DNA from: an uncultured delta proteobacterium
Lineage (GTDB): Bacteria > Myxococcota_A > Polyangia > Polyangiales > Polyangiaceae
DNA length: 64,000 nucleotides
Direction of reading: 5' to 3'
NCBI GenBank assembly: GCA_963696385.1
Contig: CAVOKF010000004.1
Coordinates: forward strand, 864,001 to 928,000
A program made the translations under genes and the position numbers. A model generated the notes under the pieces. It ran no database searches. It saw nothing but the letters and a program-made list of their open reading frames with translations, and was not told the origin of the DNA. Below, one piece after another: positions 34,069 through 43,053 of the stretch (within the stretch, counting starts at the first letter, position 1; each line of letters starts with the position of its first letter).

Positions 34069-34863
34069 ATGAAGTTCTCACGCCTGTCCGCCCTTTCCGT
34101 CGCCGTCGGGGCCGGCGCCGCCTTCGCCTGCGGCGGCGGTGACACCTCGACCCCGAACTCGCAAGGCGGCACCGACAGCTCCGAGTCTGCCTCGACCTCG
34201 TCTGCAGATCTCTCGACGGCCGTCAGCGCAGGCCAAGCCGGCGCCGCGAAAAGCGATGCCGGCACGAGCACGCCGGGCCCCGACACAAAGACGTTCGGAA
34301 GCTCGGTCGACGCCAGTGCTGCGACCGGCAGTGCCGCCGCGAGCACGTCGAGCTCCACCGCAACGAGCGCGGAGGCAGAGCCGAGTTCCTCCAGCACGAG
34401 CCACGTGGCGAGCTCCTCGTCGTCCGCGTCGGCAGCAAGTTCCGCAAGTTCCGCGAGCACGGCCGCCGGATCGAGCAGCGGGACCCCAATACCCTTGGTC
34501 TCCTTTCAAACCGACGTTTATCCCATTCTCCTCGCAAACTGCGGAATGACGTGCCACGCGACGGGCGATTCGTCGAATGGCATGTTAACATTGGGCACAA
34601 GCTTCGGCTATTTGGCAGTGTGGGAGGAGCTGCTGACGAAGGGTGCCATGGGGAACGCGCCCGATACGACCTGCGAAGAGGCCTACGTCATCAACCTGGC
34701 TCCGGTGGACCAGAATCCGGCGGGAAGTCTGCTCTACCAAAAAATTACCGGAGTCGGGATCCCCGCCGGGTGCGGCGTCCAAATGCCCAAAGGTGGGCCT
34801 TATCTGAGCGCCGCGGACCAAGAGACGATCAAAAACTGGATTCTGGACAACGACCCCCTCTAA
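34069..34863 (+). CDS. Lipoprotein with Ser-rich linker and putative c-type cytochrome domain (CX3CH)
   Basis: AFAC lipobox; VSFQTDVYPIL..CGMTCH...SLLYQKI...QMP...IKNWI. Confidence 0.65.
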   Translation: MKFSRLSALSVAVGAGAAFACGGGDTSTPNSQGGTDSSESASTSSADLSTAVSAGQAGAAKSDAGTSTPGPDTKTFGSSVDASAATGSAAASTSSSTATSAEAEPSSSSTSHVASSSSSASAASSASSASTAAGSSSGTPIPLVSFQTDVYPILLANCGMTCHATGDSSNGMLTLGTSFGYLAVWEELLTKGAMGNAPDTTCEEAYVINLAPVDQNPAGSLLYQKITGVGIPAGCGVQMPKGGPYLSAADQETIKNWILDNDPL

Positions 34864-34957
34864 CCTCCTCACCGCGCAATGCGAGCGTGCATATAAAGAA
34901 TACGGCCGAACGGCCGTACCCTACGCCGGTAACGGCAGGATCCTGCCCTCGGGTCGG

Positions 34958-36364
34958 TCACGGCCTTCTGGCGCAGCGCACGCCGATGAGGCCGTAGCGG
35001 TCCGACGGGAGGCTGAAGTTGCGGGCCGGGCAAAACAAGAACAGCGCGAGGTAGTTGAACTCGCTGCCCCGGACCACGCGGCCGGTGGCCGCCGTAACAT
35101 CGGCGCAATCGACGCACGGATCGGTGTACGACGCGTACCAGTCCACGTTCCACTGCCAGATGTTCCCGGCCAGATCCAGCTGACCCCAGAGCCCGGCACC
35201 GAGCGTGGCGGTTCCCACCGGCGCGACGTTCGTCACTCCAGTGCAGGGCGCCAGAGTGCCGGTCGGCCAGTAGCAATTTCCTTCTGCGTCACCGTAAATG
35301 GCGTACTGATTCGAACTTCCCGGATCGGCGGTCCCCCACGGGTACTCCCGCTGTTGGATGCCGCCCGCCGCGGCGTATTCCCACTCGGCCTCGCTCGGCA
35401 AAAAACCCCCGTCCCAGATGCAAAACGCATACGCCTCGTACCAGTTCACGCAGTCGATCGGCAGATTTTCCTGGCTGCCGGCCGCGCTCGTCCACGTCGC
35501 GAACGTCGAGGAGCAGGCGAGGTTCGCATCCGTCGGGTCGATATTGCTATCGTCCGCCGCGACCCAGCCCGGCTCAGTTCCTCCACCGCCACCGCTGTTC
35601 GCAAGGCCCAGCCCCCCGTTGAGGTGCGTGTGCTTGCCGGCGGCCGGCGTTGGAGTCCAGCCGGCGTTCCACGCCGCCACGAACTGACGGAATCGACCCA
35701 CGGTCACGTCGTATTTGTCCAGACGAAAGCTGCTGACCGTGGCGGGGTCCGCCTCGCCGGTCGGACCGCCGTCCGCAGCGAGCGTTACCGTGGAGCCGCC
35801 GTCGGCAGCGAGGCCGACGGAATCGTAGGTTCGGTCGTAGGTTCCGCCCGTCACGGCCAAGCTCGTGCAACAGCTCTCGCTCGCCGCGCCGCAGTTCATG
35901 AGCCCCGGCCCGCCGGGGGCGCAGCTCGGCGGTTCGGTAGAACAGGCTCCTCGGAGGCAAAAAGGCGAGGGGGCGCTGCACGGTGAGCCGCTCTGCCACC
36001 GGCCGCCCACGCACGTCTCCGGCGTGTCGTCGCTGCACTGAAGGGCACCCGCTTCGCAGGCCGCTGAGCTCTGCTCACCCGCATCGACGGTTGCCCCATC
36101 GCCGCCGTCCGCCGGGCCGGCCTCGACGAAGCCCACGCTTGCCACGGGTGCCGCATCGTGGTGCGCGGAGCCTTCCGCGACGGTCATGCCGTTCTCGGTC
36201 GAGCCCTCTACGACCTTCGCATCGACGTCGCCGCCGGCGTCGTTCGGTCGGGTCCCGACACCGGAGGCATCCGGCAGCCCGTCGATGAAATCTGCCGCCT
36301 GTCCACAACCGGCCGCGACCGACAGAGCGGCGACGATGGCCAGTGAGGTCGCTGGTGAATGCAT
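34958..36364 (-). CDS. FGE-sulfatase domain lipoprotein (paralogue)
   Basis: AAGC lipobox; LPSEAEWEYAA, DLAGNIWQW, GVRCAR. Confidence 0.87.
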   Translation of the reverse strand: MHSPATSLAIVAALSVAAGCGQAADFIDGLPDASGVGTRPNDAGGDVDAKVVEGSTENGMTVAEGSAHHDAAPVASVGFVEAGPADGGDGATVDAGEQSSAACEAGALQCSDDTPETCVGGRWQSGSPCSAPSPFCLRGACSTEPPSCAPGGPGLMNCGAASESCCTSLAVTGGTYDRTYDSVGLAADGGSTVTLAADGGPTGEADPATVSSFRLDKYDVTVGRFRQFVAAWNAGWTPTPAAGKHTHLNGGLGLANSGGGGGTEPGWVAADDSNIDPTDANLACSSTFATWTSAAGSQENLPIDCVNWYEAYAFCIWDGGFLPSEAEWEYAAAGGIQQREYPWGTADPGSSNQYAIYGDAEGNCYWPTGTLAPCTGVTNVAPVGTATLGAGLWGQLDLAGNIWQWNVDWYASYTDPCVDCADVTAATGRVVRGSEFNYLALFLFCPARNFSLPSDRYGLIGVRCARRP

Positions 36365-36607
36365 CGCGTGTGGATTCAATCCGGGGACCCGGGCCAGCGT
36401 GGCGCCCCGGCAGCATACCGTGTCCGCCGGCGCGATTCGACGATGACAAATCGCGACGGCCAACGCTTCGACCGTTGGGGCCTCACGCTACGCGAGCCCA
36501 AATAGGGCCTGCCGGTCGACGAAGAGGCCGGCGAGACGGCGAGGTACCGTAGGCAGATGCCTTCGGGGCGTTCGTTGTCGCCGGAAGCGCCGTCCCCATG
36601 GAGCGCG

Positions 36608-37633
36608 CTACCGACGCAGCGGGGTCGCCCCGGTGGATCCGCGCGCAAACGACCGCCTGTACCCCCCCGGCGTGGTTCCGAGAATCCGCGCAAAGTGGTC
36701 GCGCAGCACCGTCGACGACCGGAGGCCAACGGCCGTCGCCACTTCCTCAATGGATCCGTTCGTTGTCTCGAGCAGGCGCTGAGCACGCGCGACGCGGGCG
36801 CGCGCAATCCAGGCCGCGGGCGTCTCTCCGACCTGCTCATGAAAACGTCGACAGAGCGTGCGAGTACTCATGGCTGCGCGCCGAGCGAGGGCTGGGAGCG
36901 ATAGGTCGCCGGTCAGATGGCTCTCAATCCACTCGGTCAGCCTCCCGATGGCGGTGCCCGTCTCGCTCGGCGGTTCGTAGGCGATGAATTGGGCCTGCCC
37001 ACCGGCTCGTTCGAGAGGCATGACCACGGCTCGCGCCGTCCGGGCCGCGGTCTCCGCGCCGAGATCGCGCCGCACCAGATAGAGGCAGAGATCGAGACCC
37101 GCAGCAGCCCCGGCGGACGTCAGAATCTGGCCGTTGTCGATGTACAGTACGTTTGCATCGACTGCGATGCGAGGATGGCGACGCGCGAACTCTGACGCGA
37201 CGAGCCAGTGCGTTGTGGCCCGCAGTCCGTCGAGCGCGCCCGTGGAAGCCAGCACGAAGGCCCCGGTGCAGATGGACGCCACGCGAGCCCCCCGCCGGAT
37301 GGCTGCACGAATCGCCCTCGTCACGTCGTCGGGGATGGGGCGATCGAGATCGTCGACGCCGGGTACGATGATCGTGTCGGCTCGCGTCAGCAGCGACAGG
37401 CGCCAAGGCACCTGCAACGAGACGTGCTCCGCGACCACCTTAGGGCGCTCGCTGCACACCCGAAGCTCGTAGGCAGGCGCGCCGCCGGGCATTCGAACGC
37501 GAGCAAGAACCTCGCAGGGCGTGAAGAGGTCGGCGAGGACAACGCCGTCGAAGGCGAGGACAGCGACGAGGTGTGGTTTGAAAGGCCGACGCCGATTTGG
37601 CGTAGATCTTTCGAAGAGTGTCTTTGCAGCCAC
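36608..37633 (-). CDS. GlxA/FtrA-type AraC regulator (DJ-1/PfpI domain + HTH)
   Basis: ASICTGAFVLA, ATTHW, TSAGAAAGLDL, GGQAQF. Confidence 0.93.
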   Translation of the reverse strand: MAAKTLFERSTPNRRRPFKPHLVAVLAFDGVVLADLFTPCEVLARVRMPGGAPAYELRVCSERPKVVAEHVSLQVPWRLSLLTRADTIIVPGVDDLDRPIPDDVTRAIRAAIRRGARVASICTGAFVLASTGALDGLRATTHWLVASEFARRHPRIAVDANVLYIDNGQILTSAGAAAGLDLCLYLVRRDLGAETAARTARAVVMPLERAGGQAQFIAYEPPSETGTAIGRLTEWIESHLTGDLSLPALARRAAMSTRTLCRRFHEQVGETPAAWIARARVARAQRLLETTNGSIEEVATAVGLRSSTVLRDHFARILGTTPGGYRRSFARGSTGATPLRR

Positions 37634-37667
37634 TCGGCAAGTATGACCGAAGCTGTAGGTCTACAAC

Positions 37668-38093
37668 ATGCACCGCGCTCTCCCCACGCACGCCGCGGAC
37701 TACTTGGGCCCCGTCGTAGGGGGGCTCGTGTTCGTCCTGCTCATGTCCCTCCTGAGGGAGCCGACCCGCCGAGACTTCAACGCCATCTTCGTAGGTGGCG
37801 CGATGGGCGCCTACATCAGCGGCGGCCTGGGTCTCTGGGAGCTCGCCTTTGCCGTCGCCGGCAGCGTCGTCGCGTTCCGAGGTCTCCGAGACGTTCGCTT
37901 CATCGGTGTCGCCTGGCTCATGCACTCGGCGTGGGACCTCGTTCACCACTTCTTCGCGAACCCAATCTGGCCGTTCATGGAGACCTCGTCCTTCGGGTGC
38001 TGCGTCTTCGACGCGGTCATCTCGGCTTGGTTCTTCGCAGGTGCCCCCTCCCTGCTTCAAACCCTGAGCACGCGCGGCCGCCCTCCACGGTGA
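37668..38093 (+). CDS. DUF6010-like membrane protein
   Basis: FIGVAWLMHSAWDLVHH...SSFGC..FD; divergent from the AraC gene. Confidence 0.7.
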   Translation: MHRALPTHAADYLGPVVGGLVFVLLMSLLREPTRRDFNAIFVGGAMGAYISGGLGLWELAFAVAGSVVAFRGLRDVRFIGVAWLMHSAWDLVHHFFANPIWPFMETSSFGCCVFDAVISAWFFAGAPSLLQTLSTRGRPPR

Positions 38094-38145
38094 GCGTCAG
38101 ACCCCTCGAACGAGACGCGGGGGACGCTCGCCACGCTCGCCGTCC

Positions 38146-38805
38146 CTATGGGCGGATCGAAAGCGAGCGAGCCCCTACGAATGCGCCGATACCGGCGAGC
38201 CAAAGCACCGGCAGCACGTGACCGATCAGCATATGGGCGGGTCGCGCGAATGCGCAGATGACCACCAGAAGCGCGGCGCCCCAGGTCCCGGCTGCGACCC
38301 CGAGCGCCGCTCCGCTTAGACGTGGGTGGATCGGTTCGCTTTCTCGGCGTACTCGAGCGAACGCGAGAAGCGGTCCCAGAGCGAGAAGGAACGTGACGAG
38401 CGTGCAGCGAGCGTCCTCATAACCGCCGGACGCGTCCTGGAGCGCAGCGGGCCAGATCCGACCGGCCAAAAGGCCCGTCAGCGCCAGCGCGAGGGGGGTC
38501 ACCATCACTACCGCGATCCTCGCGAACGCCGAGCGACCGAGCATCGATCGGCCCCTACCGACGCCGGCCCACGTGGCCCCGACCGCGAGGACCCACCATG
38601 ACGCGGCCAGCGCAACGATGTACGCGGACGGGCGTCGGCCCGGGTGGGCGCCTATGGCCAAGGCTGTGAGAGCGAGCGCCACGAACCCCAGCGCTATCGT
38701 GAACGCACGGCGCCGTGCCCCGTGCGCGCGCGACCGCGCCGGCTCGCGCCGAGCCGCTTCGAGCACCCGGGCGCGCAGCTCGGACGGAGGAGAGGGCGAA
38801 GTCAC
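38146..38805 (-). CDS. NrsF (DUF1109)-like membrane anti-sigma factor
   Basis: About six TMs; C...GAALG..AG..GA...C....H...GH; GTGA overlap with the sigma gene. Confidence 0.75.
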   Translation of the reverse strand: MTSPSPPSELRARVLEAARREPARSRAHGARRRAFTIALGFVALALTALAIGAHPGRRPSAYIVALAASWWVLAVGATWAGVGRGRSMLGRSAFARIAVVMVTPLALALTGLLAGRIWPAALQDASGGYEDARCTLVTFLLALGPLLAFARVRRESEPIHPRLSGAALGVAAGTWGAALLVVICAFARPAHMLIGHVLPVLWLAGIGAFVGARSLSIRP

Positions 38806-39446
38806 GGCTCTTTTCCTCCGACGCGTGCCAGGACGTCGCCCAAGGTCGTACGCAATGCTTCGTACGCCCGATGCGCGCGAAGCTTCACGGCCGCCACGGT
38901 CGTTCCGAGAACCTGGGCGGCCTCGGCTACGGTAAGCCCCTCCTGCTTGATCAGCTCGAACGCCACGCGCTGCGACCGGGGCAGCTTCGAGAGAGCGCCT
39001 TGGACCCGGTCGGCCAGTTCGCGCGCGTGGACCCACTCCTCCGCGCCGGGGGCCTCCGAGGCGCGTCCACTGGGCTCGCCATCGGCCGAGAGCAACTCGC
39101 GGCGCCCCCGGCGTACGCCGTCGACGACCAGACGCCTGGCGATGGCAAAGGCCCACGGGGTCACTTCCGCACCGGGAATGAAACGATCACGCGCCCGGTG
39201 GATGTGCAACATCGTCTGCTGGAGCAGGTCTTCGGCGCATCCGCGATCGCGTGTCTGTCGGAGCAGGAAGGGATAGAGCCGCGGCGCGAGCGCATCGTAA
39301 ACGAGGGCAAATGCCGAATCATCCCCCCTCGAGTACCGCTCCATAGCGGCGTCAGCGTCCGCGCACGGGTGCACTCGGCTGCTTGTATCACGTTCGGCTT
39401 GTTCGATGCACAGCGGCCCGGCGGAGGCGGACGCGGTTGCATGCAT
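38802..39446 (-). CDS. ECF sigma factor
   Basis: AEDLLQQT, PWAFAIAR, AVKLRAHRAYEALR. Confidence 0.9.
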   Translation of the reverse strand: MHATASASAGPLCIEQAERDTSSRVHPCADADAAMERYSRGDDSAFALVYDALAPRLYPFLLRQTRDRGCAEDLLQQTMLHIHRARDRFIPGAEVTPWAFAIARRLVVDGVRRGRRELLSADGEPSGRASEAPGAEEWVHARELADRVQGALSKLPRSQRVAFELIKQEGLTVAEAAQVLGTTVAAVKLRAHRAYEALRTTLGDVLARVGGKEP

Positions 39447-39457
39447 CGACTCGGCAC

Positions 39458-39597
39458 TACGCAGTGCGAGTCGCTGTGGTTTCAGTGCCCGTCGGCCGTC
39501 ATCGACGGCCCGGAACGTCGCCAAGCGCCTCGCCCCGGCGTCTTCGGCGGGGCGCCCGGTGCGGTGTTTCCGAAACTTATCCGTGGCAAGCGGCGTA
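39458..39597. promoter_or_regulatory. Divergent pair of ECF promoters GAAAC-N17-CGTA
   Basis: Minus strand 39483-39458 (before the sigma gene) and plus strand 39572-39597 (before the globin gene); identical motif and spacing. Confidence 0.7.
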
Positions 39598-39653
39598 TTC
39601 CCGCTCGCTGCCGAGAAAAGCATCTTTTTTCGGACGGCACGCGGAGGTTTGTC

Positions 39654-40919
39654 ATGCGCAAGAAAAATGAGCCGACATTTCCAATCACCCTTCCGATGGC
39701 CCTGGTGCTGACGGCATGCTCGAGTAGCTCGAGCGGGGGTCCGAGCGATGCGTCCGCTGTAGGAACAACGGTCGACGCGAGCCATTCGACCGACGGCGGA
39801 CCGGGCGACAGCGGCACGGACGGTGACCCATGCGCCCAGGGGACGCTCTATTCGCGGCTCGGAGGCCATGCGGGCATTCGTTCCGCGGTCAATGCGGTGG
39901 TGGCCGGAGAATTGGGGGACACGGACATCAAGTCGTATTTCTTCAATCAGCTCGAGACGCCGGTCCCTTCCACGAGCCCCACCGCCGGGGAGATCGAAGA
40001 GTGTTTGACCGATCAGCTCGGCGCAGCTGCCGGCGGTCCTGAAGTGTATCCACCCGTCGGCGGCGCGTACGACGACGGCGGAGGCAACTTTGGAGGCCCG
40101 GCCGGGACATGGATGTGCCGCGATATGGCGACCATTCACCAGAGTTTGCTGATATCCGGGGGCACGTTCGACAAGTTCATGACCATCGCCGGCGGTGTGC
40201 TCACCGCCGCAAACGTCTGTCCGAGCGATATCGCGGCGGTCGCCGGTGTGCTCACGAGCGCGCGGTCGAGCGTGGTGTACGCGCCTCTCGCCGACGCGGG
40301 CTATCAAGCCTATCCAGGAGACGCCGGTGCGAACTCGTCCGCCGTGGGAACAACGGTCGACGCGAGCGCAACCGACGGCGGACCGGGCGACAGCGGCACG
40401 GACGGTGACCCATGCGCCCAGGGGACGCTCTATTCGCGGCTCGGAGGCCATGCGGGCATTCGTTCCGCGGTCAATGCGGTGGTGGCCGGAGAATTGGGGG
40501 ACACGGACATCAAGTCGTATTTCTTCAATCAGCTCAAGACGCCGGTCCCTTCCACGAGCCCCACCGCCGGGGAGATCGAAGAGTGTTTGACCGATCAGCT
40601 CGGCGCAGCTGCCGGCGGTCCTGAAGTGTATCCACCCGTCGGCGGCGCGTACGACGACGGCGGAGGCAACTTTGGAGGCCCGGCCGGGACATGGATGTGC
40701 CGCGATATGGCGACCATTCACCAGAGTTTGCTGATATCCGGGGGCACGTTCGACAAGTTCGTGACCATCGCCGGCGGTGTGCTCACCGCCGCAAACGTCT
40801 GTCCGAGCGATATCGCGGCGGTCGCCGGTGTGCTCACGAGCGCGCGGTCGAGCGTGGTGTACGCGCCTCTCGCCGACGCGGGCTATCAAGCCTATCCAGG
40901 AGACGCCGGTGGTAACTAA
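39654..40919 (+). CDS. Lipoprotein with two tandem group I truncated-haemoglobin-like domains
   Basis: LTAC lipobox; TLYSRLGG...YFF...GGP..Y...RDMATIH..L.I...FD occurs twice. Confidence 0.82.
   Translation: MRKKNEPTFPITLPMALVLTACSSSSSGGPSDASAVGTTVDASHSTDGGPGDSGTDGDPCAQGTLYSRLGGHAGIRSAVNAVVAGELGDTDIKSYFFNQLETPVPSTSPTAGEIEECLTDQLGAAAGGPEVYPPVGGAYDDGGGNFGGPAGTWMCRDMATIHQSLLISGGTFDKFMTIAGGVLTAANVCPSDIAAVAGVLTSARSSVVYAPLADAGYQAYPGDAGANSSAVGTTVDASATDGGPGDSGTDGDPCAQGTLYSRLGGHAGIRSAVNAVVAGELGDTDIKSYFFNQLKTPVPSTSPTAGEIEECLTDQLGAAAGGPEVYPPVGGAYDDGGGNFGGPAGTWMCRDMATIHQSLLISGGTFDKFVTIAGGVLTAANVCPSDIAAVAGVLTSARSSVVYAPLADAGYQAYPGDAGGN
39787..40910 (+). repeat. 582-bp-period tandem duplication inside the globin gene
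   Basis: Copies at about 39787-40328 and 40369-40910; I found only two differences (E/K, M/V). Confidence 0.95.
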
Positions 40920-41019
40920 GTACACCGCCCCAGAGCCAAGGGATCAGCCGGGCGGTGTACTTCAAGCGCCGGGAGGCGATGGGGGGGTTGGGGCGAAGCC
41001 CCAAGGAAGTCATCTTAGT
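40915..41019. repeat. Small palindromic MITE/REP-like element
   Basis: Ends ACTAAG/CTTAGT; 13-bp perfect inverted repeat at 40918-40930/40950-40962; TTGGGGC-GAA-GCCCCAA hairpin. Confidence 0.55.
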
Positions 41020-41106
41020 ACAGCGCAAGCCTGCAACGCAGGCATACCCAGCGCAGCGGGGTACCGTTCAACGGGGCGCTGTACGAACAAGGGTGTCGCG
41101 ACTTGG

Positions 41107-41751
41107 GTGGGTGCGCTCGCCGGCGTCATAGCCGCGGTCGGTTTGCTTCATACGCCACTCCTCCGCCCCTTCGTGATGGGTTCGGGCGGCTGTCCCATGG
41201 GCGGCAGAAAGCTCAGCACCGTCCAAGCCGAAGTCGCCCGAAAGGGCGCGATCCGCGAAGAACGCGGAAGCGATCGGGCTCCGCAACGGCCCGCTCTTGT
41301 CTTTGCGCTCGACGCCACCTCGATGCAAGACGCCCGCACGTGGGCATCCGATCACCACGTTCACTGCGAACGAGCACGGGATGCCCTCCTGCATTGCCCG
41401 CACGTCCCTTCCGAAGCGCTCGGGCTTCCCCCGTCACCCGATACTACGGCGGACCTCTCGCTCGAATTCGACCTTCACGATCGGTTGGTCAACGTGACGA
41501 CGTTTCGGACGCACCTCCATGCCGATTGCGCCGCTCGAACGGCAAGCGAGATCGAGTCGTCGCTGACGGGTCGTCTCGGGCCACCCGCGAAGGCGGGCGG
41601 CGCATTCGACCCGGAACGGCTGTCGCGCCCCGCCGCGTACAGCGTGGCGACGCGACGGTATCGTTTTGCCGACTACCTCGCCGATGTGACCGCGATGAAC
41701 ATGCCAACGACCGGGGTAGCCCTGCGCGAGCAATACATGTCGGCCAGGTAA
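41107..41751 (+). CDS. Hypothetical exported protein (start uncertain)
   Basis: Hydrophobic N-terminus, GCP motif, several Cys; protein-like composition. Confidence 0.55.
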   Translation: MGALAGVIAAVGLLHTPLLRPFVMGSGGCPMGGRKLSTVQAEVARKGAIREERGSDRAPQRPALVFALDATSMQDARTWASDHHVHCERARDALLHCPHVPSEALGLPPSPDTTADLSLEFDLHDRLVNVTTFRTHLHADCAARTASEIESSLTGRLGPPAKAGGAFDPERLSRPAAYSVATRRYRFADYLADVTAMNMPTTGVALREQYMSAR

Positions 41752-41895
41752 CCGTTCACCCCCCCCCGGCGCCGGCGAGCTCCTTTCCCGTCCCGCTCTC
41801 GCCGACGAGAAGCGCGTGCGTCACCGATTTTCAGCGGGCGAGTAACGACGGCGGCAAGAGCCCCGCGCCTATGGCAATTCGAGTGTCGGTTCGAG

Positions 41896-42771
41896 TTAAA
41901 AGAGCGCCGCTTGCGCCACCGGGACGGCCTTCGGCGCGAAGCCGACCAACTCCGGGCCGAAGGACGCAAGACGTGCGGCGGACACCGCGACCGCCTCGGG
42001 GTTGTTGTCGATGAGGACGAAGCCGCGACCGTGCAACGCCGCGGCCTCGCCTGTCGTCCCGCTGCCCCCAAAGAAGTCGAGTACCACGTCCTCGGGACGG
42101 GAGTGCACCTTGATCACTCGGTTGATCACTCCGAGAGGCTTCTGAGTCGGGTAGCCCGTTTTCTCGCGGCCGTGGGTCGGGACGATGGTGTGCCACCACA
42201 CGTCCGTCGGTGTCTTCCCGCGCTCGGCCTTTTCCGGCGTCACCAGACTCGGGGCCATGTAGGGGATGCGGTCCATCTCGTCGAAGTTGAACACGTAGTT
42301 TTCGGGATTCAAGGCATACCAGAGGATCGTGTCGTGCTTCGACGGCCAGCGGTTCTTCGGCCGGCCGCCATAATCGTATGCCCAGACGATTTCGTTCATG
42401 AAGCGGTCGCGACCGAGGAGCCGGTCGAGCGCGACCTTGATGTAGTGGACCTCTCGGCAGTCCAAATGGACGAAGAGCGATCCGTCGGGTGTCAGGCAGC
42501 GAAGAGCGGTCTCGATGCGGGGCATCAAGAAACTCTCGAAGTCGTCGAACAGGTCGGCGTAGGAGCCGCTCTCGACCTTCTCGACCTCGTATCGGCGCCC
42601 ACCGAAGCCACCCCGGGCGCCTTCGCCCTCGGTCGCCGCCACGCGCATCCGGTCGCGCTTCTGGACCTTGCCCGTGTTGAACGGGGGGTCGATGTAGATG
42701 AGCCGGGCGAACTTCTCGGGCAATCCCGGAAGAACCTCCGCATTGTCCCCCTGGATAATCATCCTCATCAT
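41896..42771 (-). CDS. Orphan N6A/N4C DNA methyltransferase (beta class)
   Basis: YIDPPFNTG precedes YPTQKP and DFFGGSGTT; no adjacent restriction enzyme gene. Confidence 0.93.
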   Translation of the reverse strand: MMRMIIQGDNAEVLPGLPEKFARLIYIDPPFNTGKVQKRDRMRVAATEGEGARGGFGGRRYEVEKVESGSYADLFDDFESFLMPRIETALRCLTPDGSLFVHLDCREVHYIKVALDRLLGRDRFMNEIVWAYDYGGRPKNRWPSKHDTILWYALNPENYVFNFDEMDRIPYMAPSLVTPEKAERGKTPTDVWWHTIVPTHGREKTGYPTQKPLGVINRVIKVHSRPEDVVLDFFGGSGTTGEAAALHGRGFVLIDNNPEAVAVSAARLASFGPELVGFAPKAVPVAQAALF

Positions 42772-43053
42772 GGCGCTGCGGCCACCCTACAGCTTCTCGT
42801 GCGCGATGGAAAGAAGGGAAGCGACCCGAACTGAAGAAGGCGGCTCGGTCACCACATGTCCCCGCCGCCCCTCTACGCCCTCTTCCGCAAAAAGGATGGG
42901 TGCCTCGGCTGTTCCGAATCCATCCCGCGCCGCGGTGCGGGGCTGGCGTTGGGCCCTGCCCGCTACCCAGAAGCCTGAACGCGGACCACGACCGTCGTCC
43001 GCGGCACCACGTTACGCGCTCGCCTTAGCCAGCCGCGAAAGCGCTCACCGTCT

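Noticed and set aside
31876..36364. Complete diversity-generating retroelement
   Set aside because: No reverse transcriptase or template repeat; the paralogues diverge generally rather than at adenines.
38802..40925. 707-aa ECF sigma with a repeated N-terminal extension
   Set aside because: The extension is the antisense of the globin gene; the promoter position supports a start at 39446.
41896..42771. Restriction-modification system
   Set aside because: No endonuclease gene is adjacent.
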